Assembly (NCBI GenBank): GCA_038213805.1
Contig: JBBQSO010000018.1
Location: forward strand, 1-64,000
Source of the DNA: Planctomycetota bacterium
GTDB taxonomy: Bacteria; Planctomycetota; UBA11346
Reading direction: 5' to 3'
DNA length: 64,000 nucleotides
In this document: piece after piece, positions 38,547 to 47,714 of the stretch
Layout of the letters: the number at the start of each line of letters is the position of its first letter
Position numbering within the stretch: position 1 is the first letter of the stretch
Notes under the pieces: generated by a model
What the model was told of the DNA's origin: nothing
Databases searched by the model: none
What the model saw: the letters and a program-made list of their open reading frames with translations, nothing else
Translations under genes and position numbers: made by a program

Positions 38547-41489
38547 ATGCCCGACGCGCGTGCCCTCCATCGACACCTGAGTCGGGCCTGCCGTTTCGCG
38601 TCCGGGCTGCTTGCCGCCATCGCAGGTGTGATGGCGGCCCCCTGCCCGGCCTGCGCAGGCGAGGCCAAGGTCGATTTCAACCGCGAGGTGCGGCCGGTGC
38701 TCTCCGAGTACTGCTTCGCCTGCCACGGCCCGGACCAGGAGCAGCGCAAGCGGGTGAAGACCGACCTGCGCCTCGACACCCGCGCAGGGCTGGCGGCAAA
38801 GCTCGACGACATCGTCCCGGTGGTGGCCGGCGATCCCGCGCACAGCGCGGTCTATCAGCGCCTGTGCGCCAGCGACCTCGACGACCGCATGCCGCCGGAA
38901 AAGACCGGCAAGCGCCCGAGCGCAGCGCAGGTCGCCACCATCAAGCGCTGGATCGAGCAGGGCGCGACCTGGGAGCAGCATTGGGCCTTCGTCCCGCCCG
39001 CGCGCGCTGCGGCCCCAGCCGTCGCCGAGGTGGGGTGGCCGGTCAACGACATCGACCGCTTCGTGCTCGCGCGCCTCGAGCGCGAGGTTTTGCGCCACGC
39101 GGTGGCCGCCACGCGGGCGACGCTGCTGCGCCGCGTCAGCCTGGATCTGACCGGGTTGCCGCCGACGCCGGCAGAGGTCGAGAGTTTCGCCGCCGACGCC
39201 TCGCCCCAGGCGTATGAGCGGGTGGTCGACCGGCTGTTGGCATCGCCGCATTACGGCGAGCGCCTGGCGATGGCCTGGCTGGACGGGGCGCGCTACGCCG
39301 ACAGCAACGGCTATCAGGCCGACCATGAGCGCGCGATGTGGCGCTGGCGCGACTGGGTGATCGACGCGTGCAACAGCAACATGCCGTTCGACCAATTCAC
39401 CGTCGAGCAGCTCGCCGGCGACCTGCTGCCGAGCGCCACTGACGGCCAACGCATCGCCACCGGCTTCAACCGCAACCACCGCATCAACACCGAGGGCGGC
39501 ATCATCCCCGAGGAGTGGCTGGTTGAGACCGTCATCGACCGCGTCGACACCACTGGCCAGGTGTGGCTGGGCCTGACCCTGGGCTGCGCGCGCTGCCACG
39601 ACCACAAGTACGACCCGATCTCGCAGCGCGACTTCTACCGGCTGTTTGCCTACTACAACCGCGTGCCCGAACCGGGCATGGGCAAGGAGGTCCTGGCCGG
39701 CACGCCGCCGACGATGCAGGCGCCAACTCCCGAGCAGCGCACCCGTCTCGCCACGTTGGTCGCGGCGGCGGTCGCAGCGCAGCGCCACGCCGCAACTTTC
39801 GCCTCGCCGTGGCAGGCGCTGCCGATCAGCGCGGCCAAGGCCGGGAAGGACACGCGCCTGACCAAGCAGAAGGATGGCAGCGTGCTCGCCACCAAGCCGG
39901 CGGAACACGACACCTTCACCGTCCAGGTCACCGCGCCCGCCGGCCGCCTGCACGCGCTGCGCATCGAAGCGCTCACCGACCCGGGCCTGCCCGGCATGGG
40001 TCCTGGGACGGGCGGGGACGGCGGCTTTGCAATCAGCGCGATCTCGCTGGCGTGGGCTGGTCCCGGTGGCGAGCAGGCGGTGCCGATCACGGTCGCGTCG
40101 CTCGACGGGGTCGCACCTGCCTCCGGCAAGGAGGGCCAGGCCAGCGCCGCGTGGACGCTGGCCAAGGGCGGCGCCGCGCATCAGCTCGTGGTCACCCCGG
40201 TCGCCCCGCTGGATCTGCCCGCGGGGACGACGCTCACCCTGACGCTCGGTTTCGCAGGCAAGGAGGCGCGGCGCCTGCTCGGCCACTTCCGCCTGGGCTT
40301 CAGTCCCAGCGCCGCGTTCGTCGCGCCACCCGACCAGGTCGCCGCTGAGCACGAGCTGGCCGCCGCCGAAGCGGCGCGCGACGCCTACGACACCGCGCTG
40401 CCGACAGTGATGGTCATGGAGGACATGCCCAAGCCACGGCCGACGTGGATCCTGCAGCGTGGCCAGTACGACAAGCACGGTGACGCGGTCGAGCCCGGCA
40501 CCCCAGCGGCCTTCGCGCCGCTGCCGCCGGGCGCACCCGCCAACCGCCTGGGCTTGGCGCGCTGGATCACCGACCCTGGCAACCCCCTGACTGCGCGCGT
40601 GGCGGTGAACCGCATGTGGGAGCGGCTCTTCGGCACCGGCCTGGTCAAGAGCAGCGACAACTTCGGCGCCCAGGGCGACCTGCCCAGCCACCCAGAATTG
40701 CTCGACTGGCTGGCGATCGAGTTCGTGCGCCTGAAGTGGGACATGAAGGCGATGGTCAAGATCATGGTCATGAGTGCCACCTACCGCCAGGCGTCGGTGA
40801 TCGACCCCGCGCAGGCGGCGGCCGATCCCGAAAACCGCCTGCTCGCGCACGGGCCGCGCTTCCGCCTGCAGGCGGAGACCATCCGCGACCAGGCGCTGGC
40901 GGTCGCGGGTCTGCTCACCGAGCGCGTCGGCGGGCCATCGGTGCGGCCCTACCAGCCGCCCGGCATCTGGGACGAGCTCAGCAACTACGGCAACCTTCAC
41001 AACTACCAGCACGCCACCGGGCCCGACCTCTACCAGCGCAGCCTCTACACCATCTGGAAGCGCACCACGCCGCCACCCGACATGGTGCTGTTCGACATGC
41101 CCAGCCGCGAATACTGCCAAGTGCGCCGCGCGCGCACCGACACTCCGCTGCAGGCGCTGGCGCTGCTCAATGACGAGACCTTTGTCGAGGCCGCACGCGT
41201 CCTCGGCGGCCTGATGCTGGGCGCCGGCGGCACCAGCAGCGACACGCGCCTGGCCTACGGCTTCCGCCGCGCTCTGGCGCGCGCGCCCAGCGACCAGGAG
41301 CTGGCCATCCTGCGCGCCGGCTTCGCGCGCCGCCTGGCCCGCTTCCGCGCCGATCCGGCGGCCGCGCAGCGCCTGGTGGCGCAGGGCGCGACCCCCGCCG
41401 ACCCCGGGCAGGACCCCGTCGAGCTCGCGGCCTACGCCACGGTCGCCAGCACCATCCTCAACCTCGATGAGACGATCACCAAGGAATGA
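38547..41489 (+). CDS. DUF1549/DUF1553 planctomycete cytochrome c protein
   Basis: VDFNREVRPVLS..CFACHGPD, HWAF, SPHYGER...WLD.ARYADS, CARCHDHKYDP, NPLTARVAVNR and TPLQAL.LLN. Confidence 0.95.
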   Translation: MPDARALHRHLSRACRFASGLLAAIAGVMAAPCPACAGEAKVDFNREVRPVLSEYCFACHGPDQEQRKRVKTDLRLDTRAGLAAKLDDIVPVVAGDPAHSAVYQRLCASDLDDRMPPEKTGKRPSAAQVATIKRWIEQGATWEQHWAFVPPARAAAPAVAEVGWPVNDIDRFVLARLEREVLRHAVAATRATLLRRVSLDLTGLPPTPAEVESFAADASPQAYERVVDRLLASPHYGERLAMAWLDGARYADSNGYQADHERAMWRWRDWVIDACNSNMPFDQFTVEQLAGDLLPSATDGQRIATGFNRNHRINTEGGIIPEEWLVETVIDRVDTTGQVWLGLTLGCARCHDHKYDPISQRDFYRLFAYYNRVPEPGMGKEVLAGTPPTMQAPTPEQRTRLATLVAAAVAAQRHAATFASPWQALPISAAKAGKDTRLTKQKDGSVLATKPAEHDTFTVQVTAPAGRLHALRIEALTDPGLPGMGPGTGGDGGFAISAISLAWAGPGGEQAVPITVASLDGVAPASGKEGQASAAWTLAKGGAAHQLVVTPVAPLDLPAGTTLTLTLGFAGKEARRLLGHFRLGFSPSAAFVAPPDQVAAEHELAAAEAARDAYDTALPTVMVMEDMPKPRPTWILQRGQYDKHGDAVEPGTPAAFAPLPPGAPANRLGLARWITDPGNPLTARVAVNRMWERLFGTGLVKSSDNFGAQGDLPSHPELLDWLAIEFVRLKWDMKAMVKIMVMSATYRQASVIDPAQAAADPENRLLAHGPRFRLQAETIRDQALAVAGLLTERVGGPSVRPYQPPGIWDELSNYGNLHNYQHATGPDLYQRSLYTIWKRTTPPPDMVLFDMPSREYCQVRRARTDTPLQALALLNDETFVEAARVLGGLMLGAGGTSSDTRLAYGFRRALARAPSDQELAILRAGFARRLARFRADPAAAQRLVAQGATPADPGQDPVELAAYATVASTILNLDETITKE

Positions 41490-42976
41490 GGCCCATGCGC
41501 GATCCCCACCTCCCGCGCGGCGCCTGCGACCGCCGCGCGTTCCTCACTGGCGCGGTCGGCGGTCTCGGTCTCACCGCGCTCGGCGGCCTGGCCGCGTCCC
41601 TGCACGCAGGCGACCTGCCGGCGACCCGCGCTGTCGCCGCCGACGCCGCGGGCGGCCTGCCCGGCTTGCCGCACTTCCCGGCGAAGGCCAAGCGCGTCAT
41701 CCACCTCTTCCAGTCTGGCGCGCCTTCGCAGTTCGAGACCTTCGACTACAAGCCGGAGCTGCTCAAATTGCGCGGCAAGGACCTGCCTGATTCGGTGCGG
41801 AACGGCCAGCGGCTGACCGGGATGTCATCGGGGCAGAAGTCCTTTCCGGTGGCACCGTCCGCCTACGGCTTCGCGCGCGCCGGCAAGAGCGGCGTGTGGC
41901 TGAGCGAGCTGCTGCCGCACACCGCAGGCGTGGTCGACGACATCGCCATCATCCGCACCATGTACACCGAGGCGATCAACCACGACCCGGCCATCACCTT
42001 CTTCCAGACCGGTTCGCAGATCGCGGGGCGGCCCAGCCTGGGCGCGTGGGTGGCGTATGCGCTGGGCAGTGAGAACCGCGACCTGCCGGCCTTCGTGGTG
42101 CTGACCTCGAACGGCAGCGGGCGCAAGAACGACCAGCCGCTCTACGACCGCCTGTGGGCGAGCGGCTTCCTGCCCGGCCGCTTCCAGGGCGTGAAGTTCC
42201 GCAACGCCGGCGATCCGGTGCTGTTCCTGAACGACCCGGCCGGCATCGACCGCATGCTGCGCCGCGACATGCTCGACGACCTCGGCGGCCTGAACCGGCT
42301 GCGCCAGCAGGCGGTGGGCGACCCCGAGATCGCCACGCGCACCGCCCAGTACGAGCTCGCCTTCCGCATGCAGGCGGCGGTCCCCGAACTGACGGACCTC
42401 GGCAAGGAGCCGGCCGCGGTGGTGGACAGCTACGGTCCGGAGGCGCGCACGCCGGGGACCTACGCGTCGAACTGCCTGCTCGGCCGCCGCCTGCTCGAGC
42501 GCGGCGTGCGCTTCGTGCAGCTCTACCACCGCGGGTGGGACCACCACGCCAACCTGCCGCACGACATCAAGAACCAGTGCCAGGACATCGACCAGCCCTC
42601 GGCGGCCCTGATCACGGACCTCAAGCAGCGCGGGATGTTCGATGACACCCTGATCGTGTGGGGCGGCGAGTTCGGCCGCACCGTCTACTCGCAGGGCGAA
42701 CTGACGGCGACGAACTACGGGCGCGACCACCACCCGCGCTGCTTCCCGCTGTGGCTGGCCGGCGCTGGCATCAAGGCCGGCACGGTGTTCGGCGAGACCG
42801 ACGACTTCAGCTACAACATCATCACGCCGGACCAGAAGGCGCACGTCCACGATCTCAACGCGACCATCCTGCACCTGCTCGGCATCGACCACACGCGCCT
42901 GACCTACCGCTTCCAGGGCCGGGACTTCCGGCTGACGGACGTGCATGGCGAGGTGGTGAAGGGCGTCCTGGCCTAG
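41486..42976 (+). CDS. DUF1501 family Tat-exported sulfatase-like protein
   Basis: RRAFL Tat motif; KAKRVIHLFQSGAPSQ, GVRFVQL, WDHH, GEFGRT and GRDHHP; ATGA overlap. Confidence 0.95.
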   Translation: MRPMRDPHLPRGACDRRAFLTGAVGGLGLTALGGLAASLHAGDLPATRAVAADAAGGLPGLPHFPAKAKRVIHLFQSGAPSQFETFDYKPELLKLRGKDLPDSVRNGQRLTGMSSGQKSFPVAPSAYGFARAGKSGVWLSELLPHTAGVVDDIAIIRTMYTEAINHDPAITFFQTGSQIAGRPSLGAWVAYALGSENRDLPAFVVLTSNGSGRKNDQPLYDRLWASGFLPGRFQGVKFRNAGDPVLFLNDPAGIDRMLRRDMLDDLGGLNRLRQQAVGDPEIATRTAQYELAFRMQAAVPELTDLGKEPAAVVDSYGPEARTPGTYASNCLLGRRLLERGVRFVQLYHRGWDHHANLPHDIKNQCQDIDQPSAALITDLKQRGMFDDTLIVWGGEFGRTVYSQGELTATNYGRDHHPRCFPLWLAGAGIKAGTVFGETDDFSYNIITPDQKAHVHDLNATILHLLGIDHTRLTYRFQGRDFRLTDVHGEVVKGVLA

Positions 42977-43107
42977 TTCCCAGGAGATGCGTCAGCCTTC
43001 ATGGCGCGAGATCGCCGCTCATGGCACGTTCACCGACAACGCCTGCATGGTCGCCCCGGACGGCGACGATCATGGCCGCGATCAGGGCTTCCACCCGCGC
43101 TCCCGCA

Positions 43108-44622
43108 TCACGGCGCCGGCACCGGCAGGGTGTCGGTGCGGAACGGCGCCGCGGGCAGGCCGTCGCGGTTGCCGAAGTTCGGGTCGGCCGTCTCGTCGAA
43201 GGCGAAGCGCACGTCCGTGGGCTCCGCCACCTCGGCACTGGTGACGACGATGGCATCGCCGGAGATCTCGGCGTTGGCGGGATGGAACTTCCCATCGGCG
43301 CCCGCGGCGCTGAACCAGGTCAGCGGCTTGCCGTCGCGCGACGCGAGGCCCTTGCCGACGTGGTCGAAGTGCAGGACGGCCTTCGGGCCTTCACGCTCGA
43401 TGCTGCCCGCACGGTAGATGGGGCCGGAGGGCGTGAGGTCCTTCTTCCCGTATTCCCGCGCCAGGGCCCACAGCGCGAGGCGCTCGCCGACCTGCTTCTT
43501 GCGCGGCGGGTGCATGTTCGTGAGGTCACCGACGTCGGTGGTCACCACCATGCCGGTGCCGGGCAGCTTCAGCGCCTGGGTCTGCGCCTCGCGGAACAGC
43601 GGTTCTGCCAGCGGTGCGCTGGCCGGTCCGGTACGCGCCGAGTAGAGCAGCGGCGGCAGCTGCACGTAGTAGAACGGCAGTTCCCGGCCCCAGGCCGCGC
43701 GCCAGCCGGTGATCAGCGCCGTCATCTTGTTGGCGTAGATCGCGCCGTCCCCGGCGATCAGGTTCGATTCGCCCTGGTACCACAGCAGACCGCGCAGCGC
43801 GAACGGCACCAGCGGGTGGATCATGCCGTTGTAGAGCGTGGTCAGCGGCGTGCCGTGGAACCTGACCGTGGGCGTCAGCGCCGCGGTCGCGTAGTCAGCC
43901 AGGGCGGGGTCGGCGGCGAAGGCGCCGGCGGGAGTCCAGTTCTCGATCGAGGTGCCGCCCGCGCTGGCCTCGATGACGCCGATCGGCACGCCCAACTCCT
44001 GCGCCAGGCGGCAGGCGAAGAAATAGCCGACGGCTGAGAACTTGATCTCGTCGAGCGAAGCGGGTGTGCACGCCACCCAGCCCTTCCACGGGTAGTCCTG
44101 CTTGGGACGGACAGCGGTGGCGAGGTCCCAGGCGGGCGCAGCCACGGTGGCGATCTCGATGTTCATCAGGTGGATGAGCGGGTGATCGGCGGCGGCCAGT
44201 TCGCGCTCGGCATCGACCGTGGTGACCGGCTGCCCACGCCAGGTGCCCACCGGCTTCTGCATGTTCGACTGGCCGGCGCACAGCCAGACCTCGCCGACCA
44301 GCACGTCGTGGAAGACCACCTCCTGGGTGGTGGCGATGGTGAGGTCGGCCGGCTGGGCGGAAACCGCCAGGGGCTCGAGCACGACGCGCCAAGCGCCGTT
44401 CCCTGACGCCGCCGTCGCCTGCGCGCGCTGGCCGGCGAAGGTCACGGTGACGGTCGCGCCGGGTGCGGCGGTCCCCCAGATCGGCACCGGCGTCCCGGTC
44501 TGCAGGACCATGTGGTCGCCGAACACGTGCGGCAGGACCGGCGCCGTCTCGGCGCGCAGCGTGGCGGCCCAGGACGACAGCAGGAACATGGCGAGGAGCG
44601 GAAGCTTGGGAGCGAAGGTCAT
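43108..44622 (-). CDS. Sialate O-acetylesterase family (SASA/DUF303) carbohydrate esterase
   Basis: FGDHMVLQ, VGEVWLCAGQSNM, LYNGMIHPL, WYQGESN, MHP..K..VGERLA and GLPAAPFRTD. Confidence 0.93.
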   Translation of the reverse strand: MTFAPKLPLLAMFLLSSWAATLRAETAPVLPHVFGDHMVLQTGTPVPIWGTAAPGATVTVTFAGQRAQATAASGNGAWRVVLEPLAVSAQPADLTIATTQEVVFHDVLVGEVWLCAGQSNMQKPVGTWRGQPVTTVDAERELAAADHPLIHLMNIEIATVAAPAWDLATAVRPKQDYPWKGWVACTPASLDEIKFSAVGYFFACRLAQELGVPIGVIEASAGGTSIENWTPAGAFAADPALADYATAALTPTVRFHGTPLTTLYNGMIHPLVPFALRGLLWYQGESNLIAGDGAIYANKMTALITGWRAAWGRELPFYYVQLPPLLYSARTGPASAPLAEPLFREAQTQALKLPGTGMVVTTDVGDLTNMHPPRKKQVGERLALWALAREYGKKDLTPSGPIYRAGSIEREGPKAVLHFDHVGKGLASRDGKPLTWFSAAGADGKFHPANAEISGDAIVVTSAEVAEPTDVRFAFDETADPNFGNRDGLPAAPFRTDTLPVPAP

Positions 44623-44655
44623 GGACTTTCCGGATGCGGCGGTGACGGCAAGATG

Positions 44656-47379
44656 CTACGGCGCGAATTCCTTGGCCAGCTGCATGGTGGTCAGCACGTT
44701 GAGCGCCCACTGCGCGACCCCCGGCGTGTCGAACGGCGGGGGCATCTCCTGCACCGGCTCCGCCACCTCCGGACCGGTGATCAGCACAGGAGCCGCCAGG
44801 AAGCGCGCCCGCCCGCCGACCACCAGGCTGTCCTTCATCAGCTGCCAGGCCCGCGCCTTCAGCGCCGGGTCGCGCTTGGCGTTGGCGAGGAACGCGGTGA
44901 CGCGCATCCGCGAGTAGAAGTCGCGCTTCTCCGCCACCCACCGCCCGCACAGGCCCAGCCACGCCGCGGTGAACTCCGGGCAGGGGATGAGCTCGCCGAG
45001 CTCGACCATGATCTGATCGCCGCCGAACAGCACCAGGAACTCGCCGACTTTCAGGTTGGGCTCGCCGACGTCGGTCAACTGCTTGGTGACGGGATCGAGG
45101 CGGAAGGCCTGGCGGGTCGCGAAGGCCTCGGGCATCGCACCGATCGCCTTCATCCCGGCCAGGACGAAGTCGCGGTAGCGCAGGTCGCCGGTGCGCTCCC
45201 ACTCGGTCATCCAGTTGCTCGCCATGGCGAGCCAGTCCGGAGCGATGCGGTAGAGCACCGGCTCGTCGGGGCGCGTCAGTTCGTGGCGCAGCGGCTGGAC
45301 CCGGGCGATGGTCTCGTCGACGGTCAGCACCTCGCGCATCAGGTCGCCGGTGCGCTCGTCGGTGGTGAGGTAGTAGAAGCAGCGCTTGAGCCACGCTTCG
45401 CTGATGCGCGCCTCCTTGGCGCCGCAGCCCCAATGGCTGACGTTGTGCCGCGAGCCGAGGCCCATGAACGGCCCGCTGTGGTAGACGTCGACCTCACCAG
45501 TGTTGCGCGTCATCGCCGCGGCGAGGCGGAACGCGTCGCCGCGGCCGCTGCGCAGAAACGCGAACCACAGCCAGGCGTTCGGCATCAACTCAGTGTTGTT
45601 CCAGGCGTGCCCGCCGATGTCGTAGAGCCAGCCGTGGCGCACGTCGCTGTAGGTGCGCATGACGTCGCCAAAGTCCCAGAAGCCGTACCAGCGCCGCCGT
45701 TCGATCTCGCCAGCGTAGAAGTTCCAGGCACGATCGAGCTGCTCCTCGACCACTGCGGCGTCGGGATCGGCGCGGTCGGGCAGGCTCCAGATGCCGAGGG
45801 TGCGCGTGGCGTGGTAGTGCGCGGGAGTGCACACCAGCAGCGGGGGCACGTCCGCGCTCTTAGCCCAGGCGGCGAGAGTGGTGTTGTCCGGGGTCTCGCC
45901 CGCCGCCCACAGGGTCAGCTCCTGGGTATTGGCCACGCCCGTCGGCGTGCTGTAGCCTTCCTGGTGGTCCTCGTACGTGATCTTCCCCTCATGCCCGACG
46001 GTGTCGTAGTGGCGCAGGTCCATGGCCGGCGCGTCCGGCGACCAGAACCATGCGGTCAGTTCGCCCGCCGCGCCCGCCGCGCCGCCGATCTCCAGCGCCG
46101 CCGGGTACTTCTCCCAGAAGTCCTTCACGCCGACCGCCAGGCCACCCGAGACGTCGCCGAGGAAGGCCAGCCCGCGCGCGCGCCGGCCGTTGAGATGGTG
46201 CAGCCACGAGCTCGCCGCACCGGTGCGCTTGGCGATGCTGAACGAATCCGGAGCGAGCTGGTCGAGCTTGAAGCCGTCCCACACCGGCACCGCGGCGAAG
46301 CCGTCCTGCACTTTGGGGTCGAGCGCAGCCAGGTTCGGGATGCGCCGCCCCTGCAGCTGGTCGCGGTTCATCTGCAACGCGCCCTTGACCAGCACCTCGC
46401 GGTAGCCCGGAGCCATCAGCACCGGTTCGGCCCACACCCCGTCGTCGTCGGTGGCGAAGCGCGCGTGGCGGTTCTGCCGCTCTTCGCGGAAGGGCACGGT
46501 GCACGTGATGCCCAGACCGCGGATGAAGTCCTGCTGCGCGTCGCCGTCGAAAACCACGGAATGCACCACGCGCAACGAGGTCAGGCCGGCGGTGAAGTAG
46601 AGCCGCACCGTGAAGGGCAGCCACGCGCGGTCGGCGCCGGCGTGCACCCCGGCGATGCGCACCACCGCGCGCAACGGACCGGCCTGCTCCACCGTCACCG
46701 CGGTGACGCGGCTGACGTAGTCCAGCACACGCAGCACGCCCTGGCTGGCGAGGGCGCTGCGGTCCTCGCGGCTGGCCACCAGGCGCAGCGCGCGGCCGAC
46801 CTCGCGGCCGTCGACGCTGAGCGACTCGATGAGGTTGGCGCCGTGGCGCGCGATTCGACAAGTCAGCGGACCGGTCGCGATCTCGACCGCCGCCGCATCC
46901 TCGCGCACCCGTAGCGGCTGGGTCAGCGTCGGAGTGGCGCCGGCGGCGATGCGCAGCGGTCCGTCCAGCCGCGCATCGGCGGCGATCGCCACTCCGCACC
47001 ACTTGAGCGAACCGTCCGGCCAGAATGCCAGCGGCCAGGTCTGAGTCGGGACCGCGGCGCCGGTGCGGTCGCGCACCACCATCTGCACGTCCCGCGCCAC
47101 CGTGCCGCGCGCCCAGGGCACGCCCCAGCTCACGCCAGCCGGGGTCTGCGGCGGCGCACCGTCCAGCCAGGACAGTTCCGCGCTCGGCGGGACGTCGCCG
47201 GCGCTGGGAGGCTCGGCGGCGGCAGCCCACGGCACCCGCCCCTGCGTGGCGAGCACCGCCAGGCCGGCACCGCCCCGCGCCAGCCCGCGCAGGAAGTCGC
47301 GTCGGGTTCCGTCCATGGCGAGGCGGAGGGGACGAGCGTCAGGAGGCGTCGCGCCGCGAGCATCGGAGTGGCTGGTCAT
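44656..47379 (-). CDS. Tat-exported YetA/PcRGLX-like exo-rhamnogalacturonan lyase family protein
   Basis: TRRDFL signal; GVPW..G, WPLAFWPDGSLKW, MDLRHYD, WYGFWDFGDVM, AWNNTE, EVDVYH, GLGSRHNV.HWGCGAKEARIS and TDERTGD. Confidence 0.9.
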   Translation of the reverse strand: MTSHSDARGATPPDARPLRLAMDGTRRDFLRGLARGGAGLAVLATQGRVPWAAAAEPPSAGDVPPSAELSWLDGAPPQTPAGVSWGVPWARGTVARDVQMVVRDRTGAAVPTQTWPLAFWPDGSLKWCGVAIAADARLDGPLRIAAGATPTLTQPLRVREDAAAVEIATGPLTCRIARHGANLIESLSVDGREVGRALRLVASREDRSALASQGVLRVLDYVSRVTAVTVEQAGPLRAVVRIAGVHAGADRAWLPFTVRLYFTAGLTSLRVVHSVVFDGDAQQDFIRGLGITCTVPFREERQNRHARFATDDDGVWAEPVLMAPGYREVLVKGALQMNRDQLQGRRIPNLAALDPKVQDGFAAVPVWDGFKLDQLAPDSFSIAKRTGAASSWLHHLNGRRARGLAFLGDVSGGLAVGVKDFWEKYPAALEIGGAAGAAGELTAWFWSPDAPAMDLRHYDTVGHEGKITYEDHQEGYSTPTGVANTQELTLWAAGETPDNTTLAAWAKSADVPPLLVCTPAHYHATRTLGIWSLPDRADPDAAVVEEQLDRAWNFYAGEIERRRWYGFWDFGDVMRTYSDVRHGWLYDIGGHAWNNTELMPNAWLWFAFLRSGRGDAFRLAAAMTRNTGEVDVYHSGPFMGLGSRHNVSHWGCGAKEARISEAWLKRCFYYLTTDERTGDLMREVLTVDETIARVQPLRHELTRPDEPVLYRIAPDWLAMASNWMTEWERTGDLRYRDFVLAGMKAIGAMPEAFATRQAFRLDPVTKQLTDVGEPNLKVGEFLVLFGGDQIMVELGELIPCPEFTAAWLGLCGRWVAEKRDFYSRMRVTAFLANAKRDPALKARAWQLMKDSLVVGGRARFLAAPVLITGPEVAEPVQEMPPPFDTPGVAQWALNVLTTMQLAKEFAP

Positions 47380-47714
47380 GGGATGAGGGTACCCTGTCGC
47401 GTCGGTGCCGCCCCGGCCTTTCCAGGGCGGCGGGCTGGCTTGCCACGGCCCATGTGCGATGCGCCGCGAGCCCCAGCCTCGTCGATTCGCAAGCAGTACC
47501 GCACGCCGCCTGCGCCGTTCACGTCGCCTCTGTCACCGGCGCTGGAGAATCGTGACGCCCCGCGGCGGACCCCCTCCCCCGGAGACGAAAGTCTGATTCC
47601 GGTGACAGCTGTTCTGTCAGCGCGCGCTCCTGGTGTATGGTAGTACACGCACCCCAGCGGGCAGTCGGCCGAGGACTCGCTCGACGCCGGAGGCCGTGCT
47701 CCCCAGGAACCTCC

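Noticed and set aside
38205..41120. 971-aa minus-strand ORF and similar long antisense ORFs (21350-23518, 25520-27583, 28809-30437, 36650-38284, 44512-46914)
   Set aside because: Shadows of well-supported opposite-strand genes in high-GC DNA; no recognisable motifs
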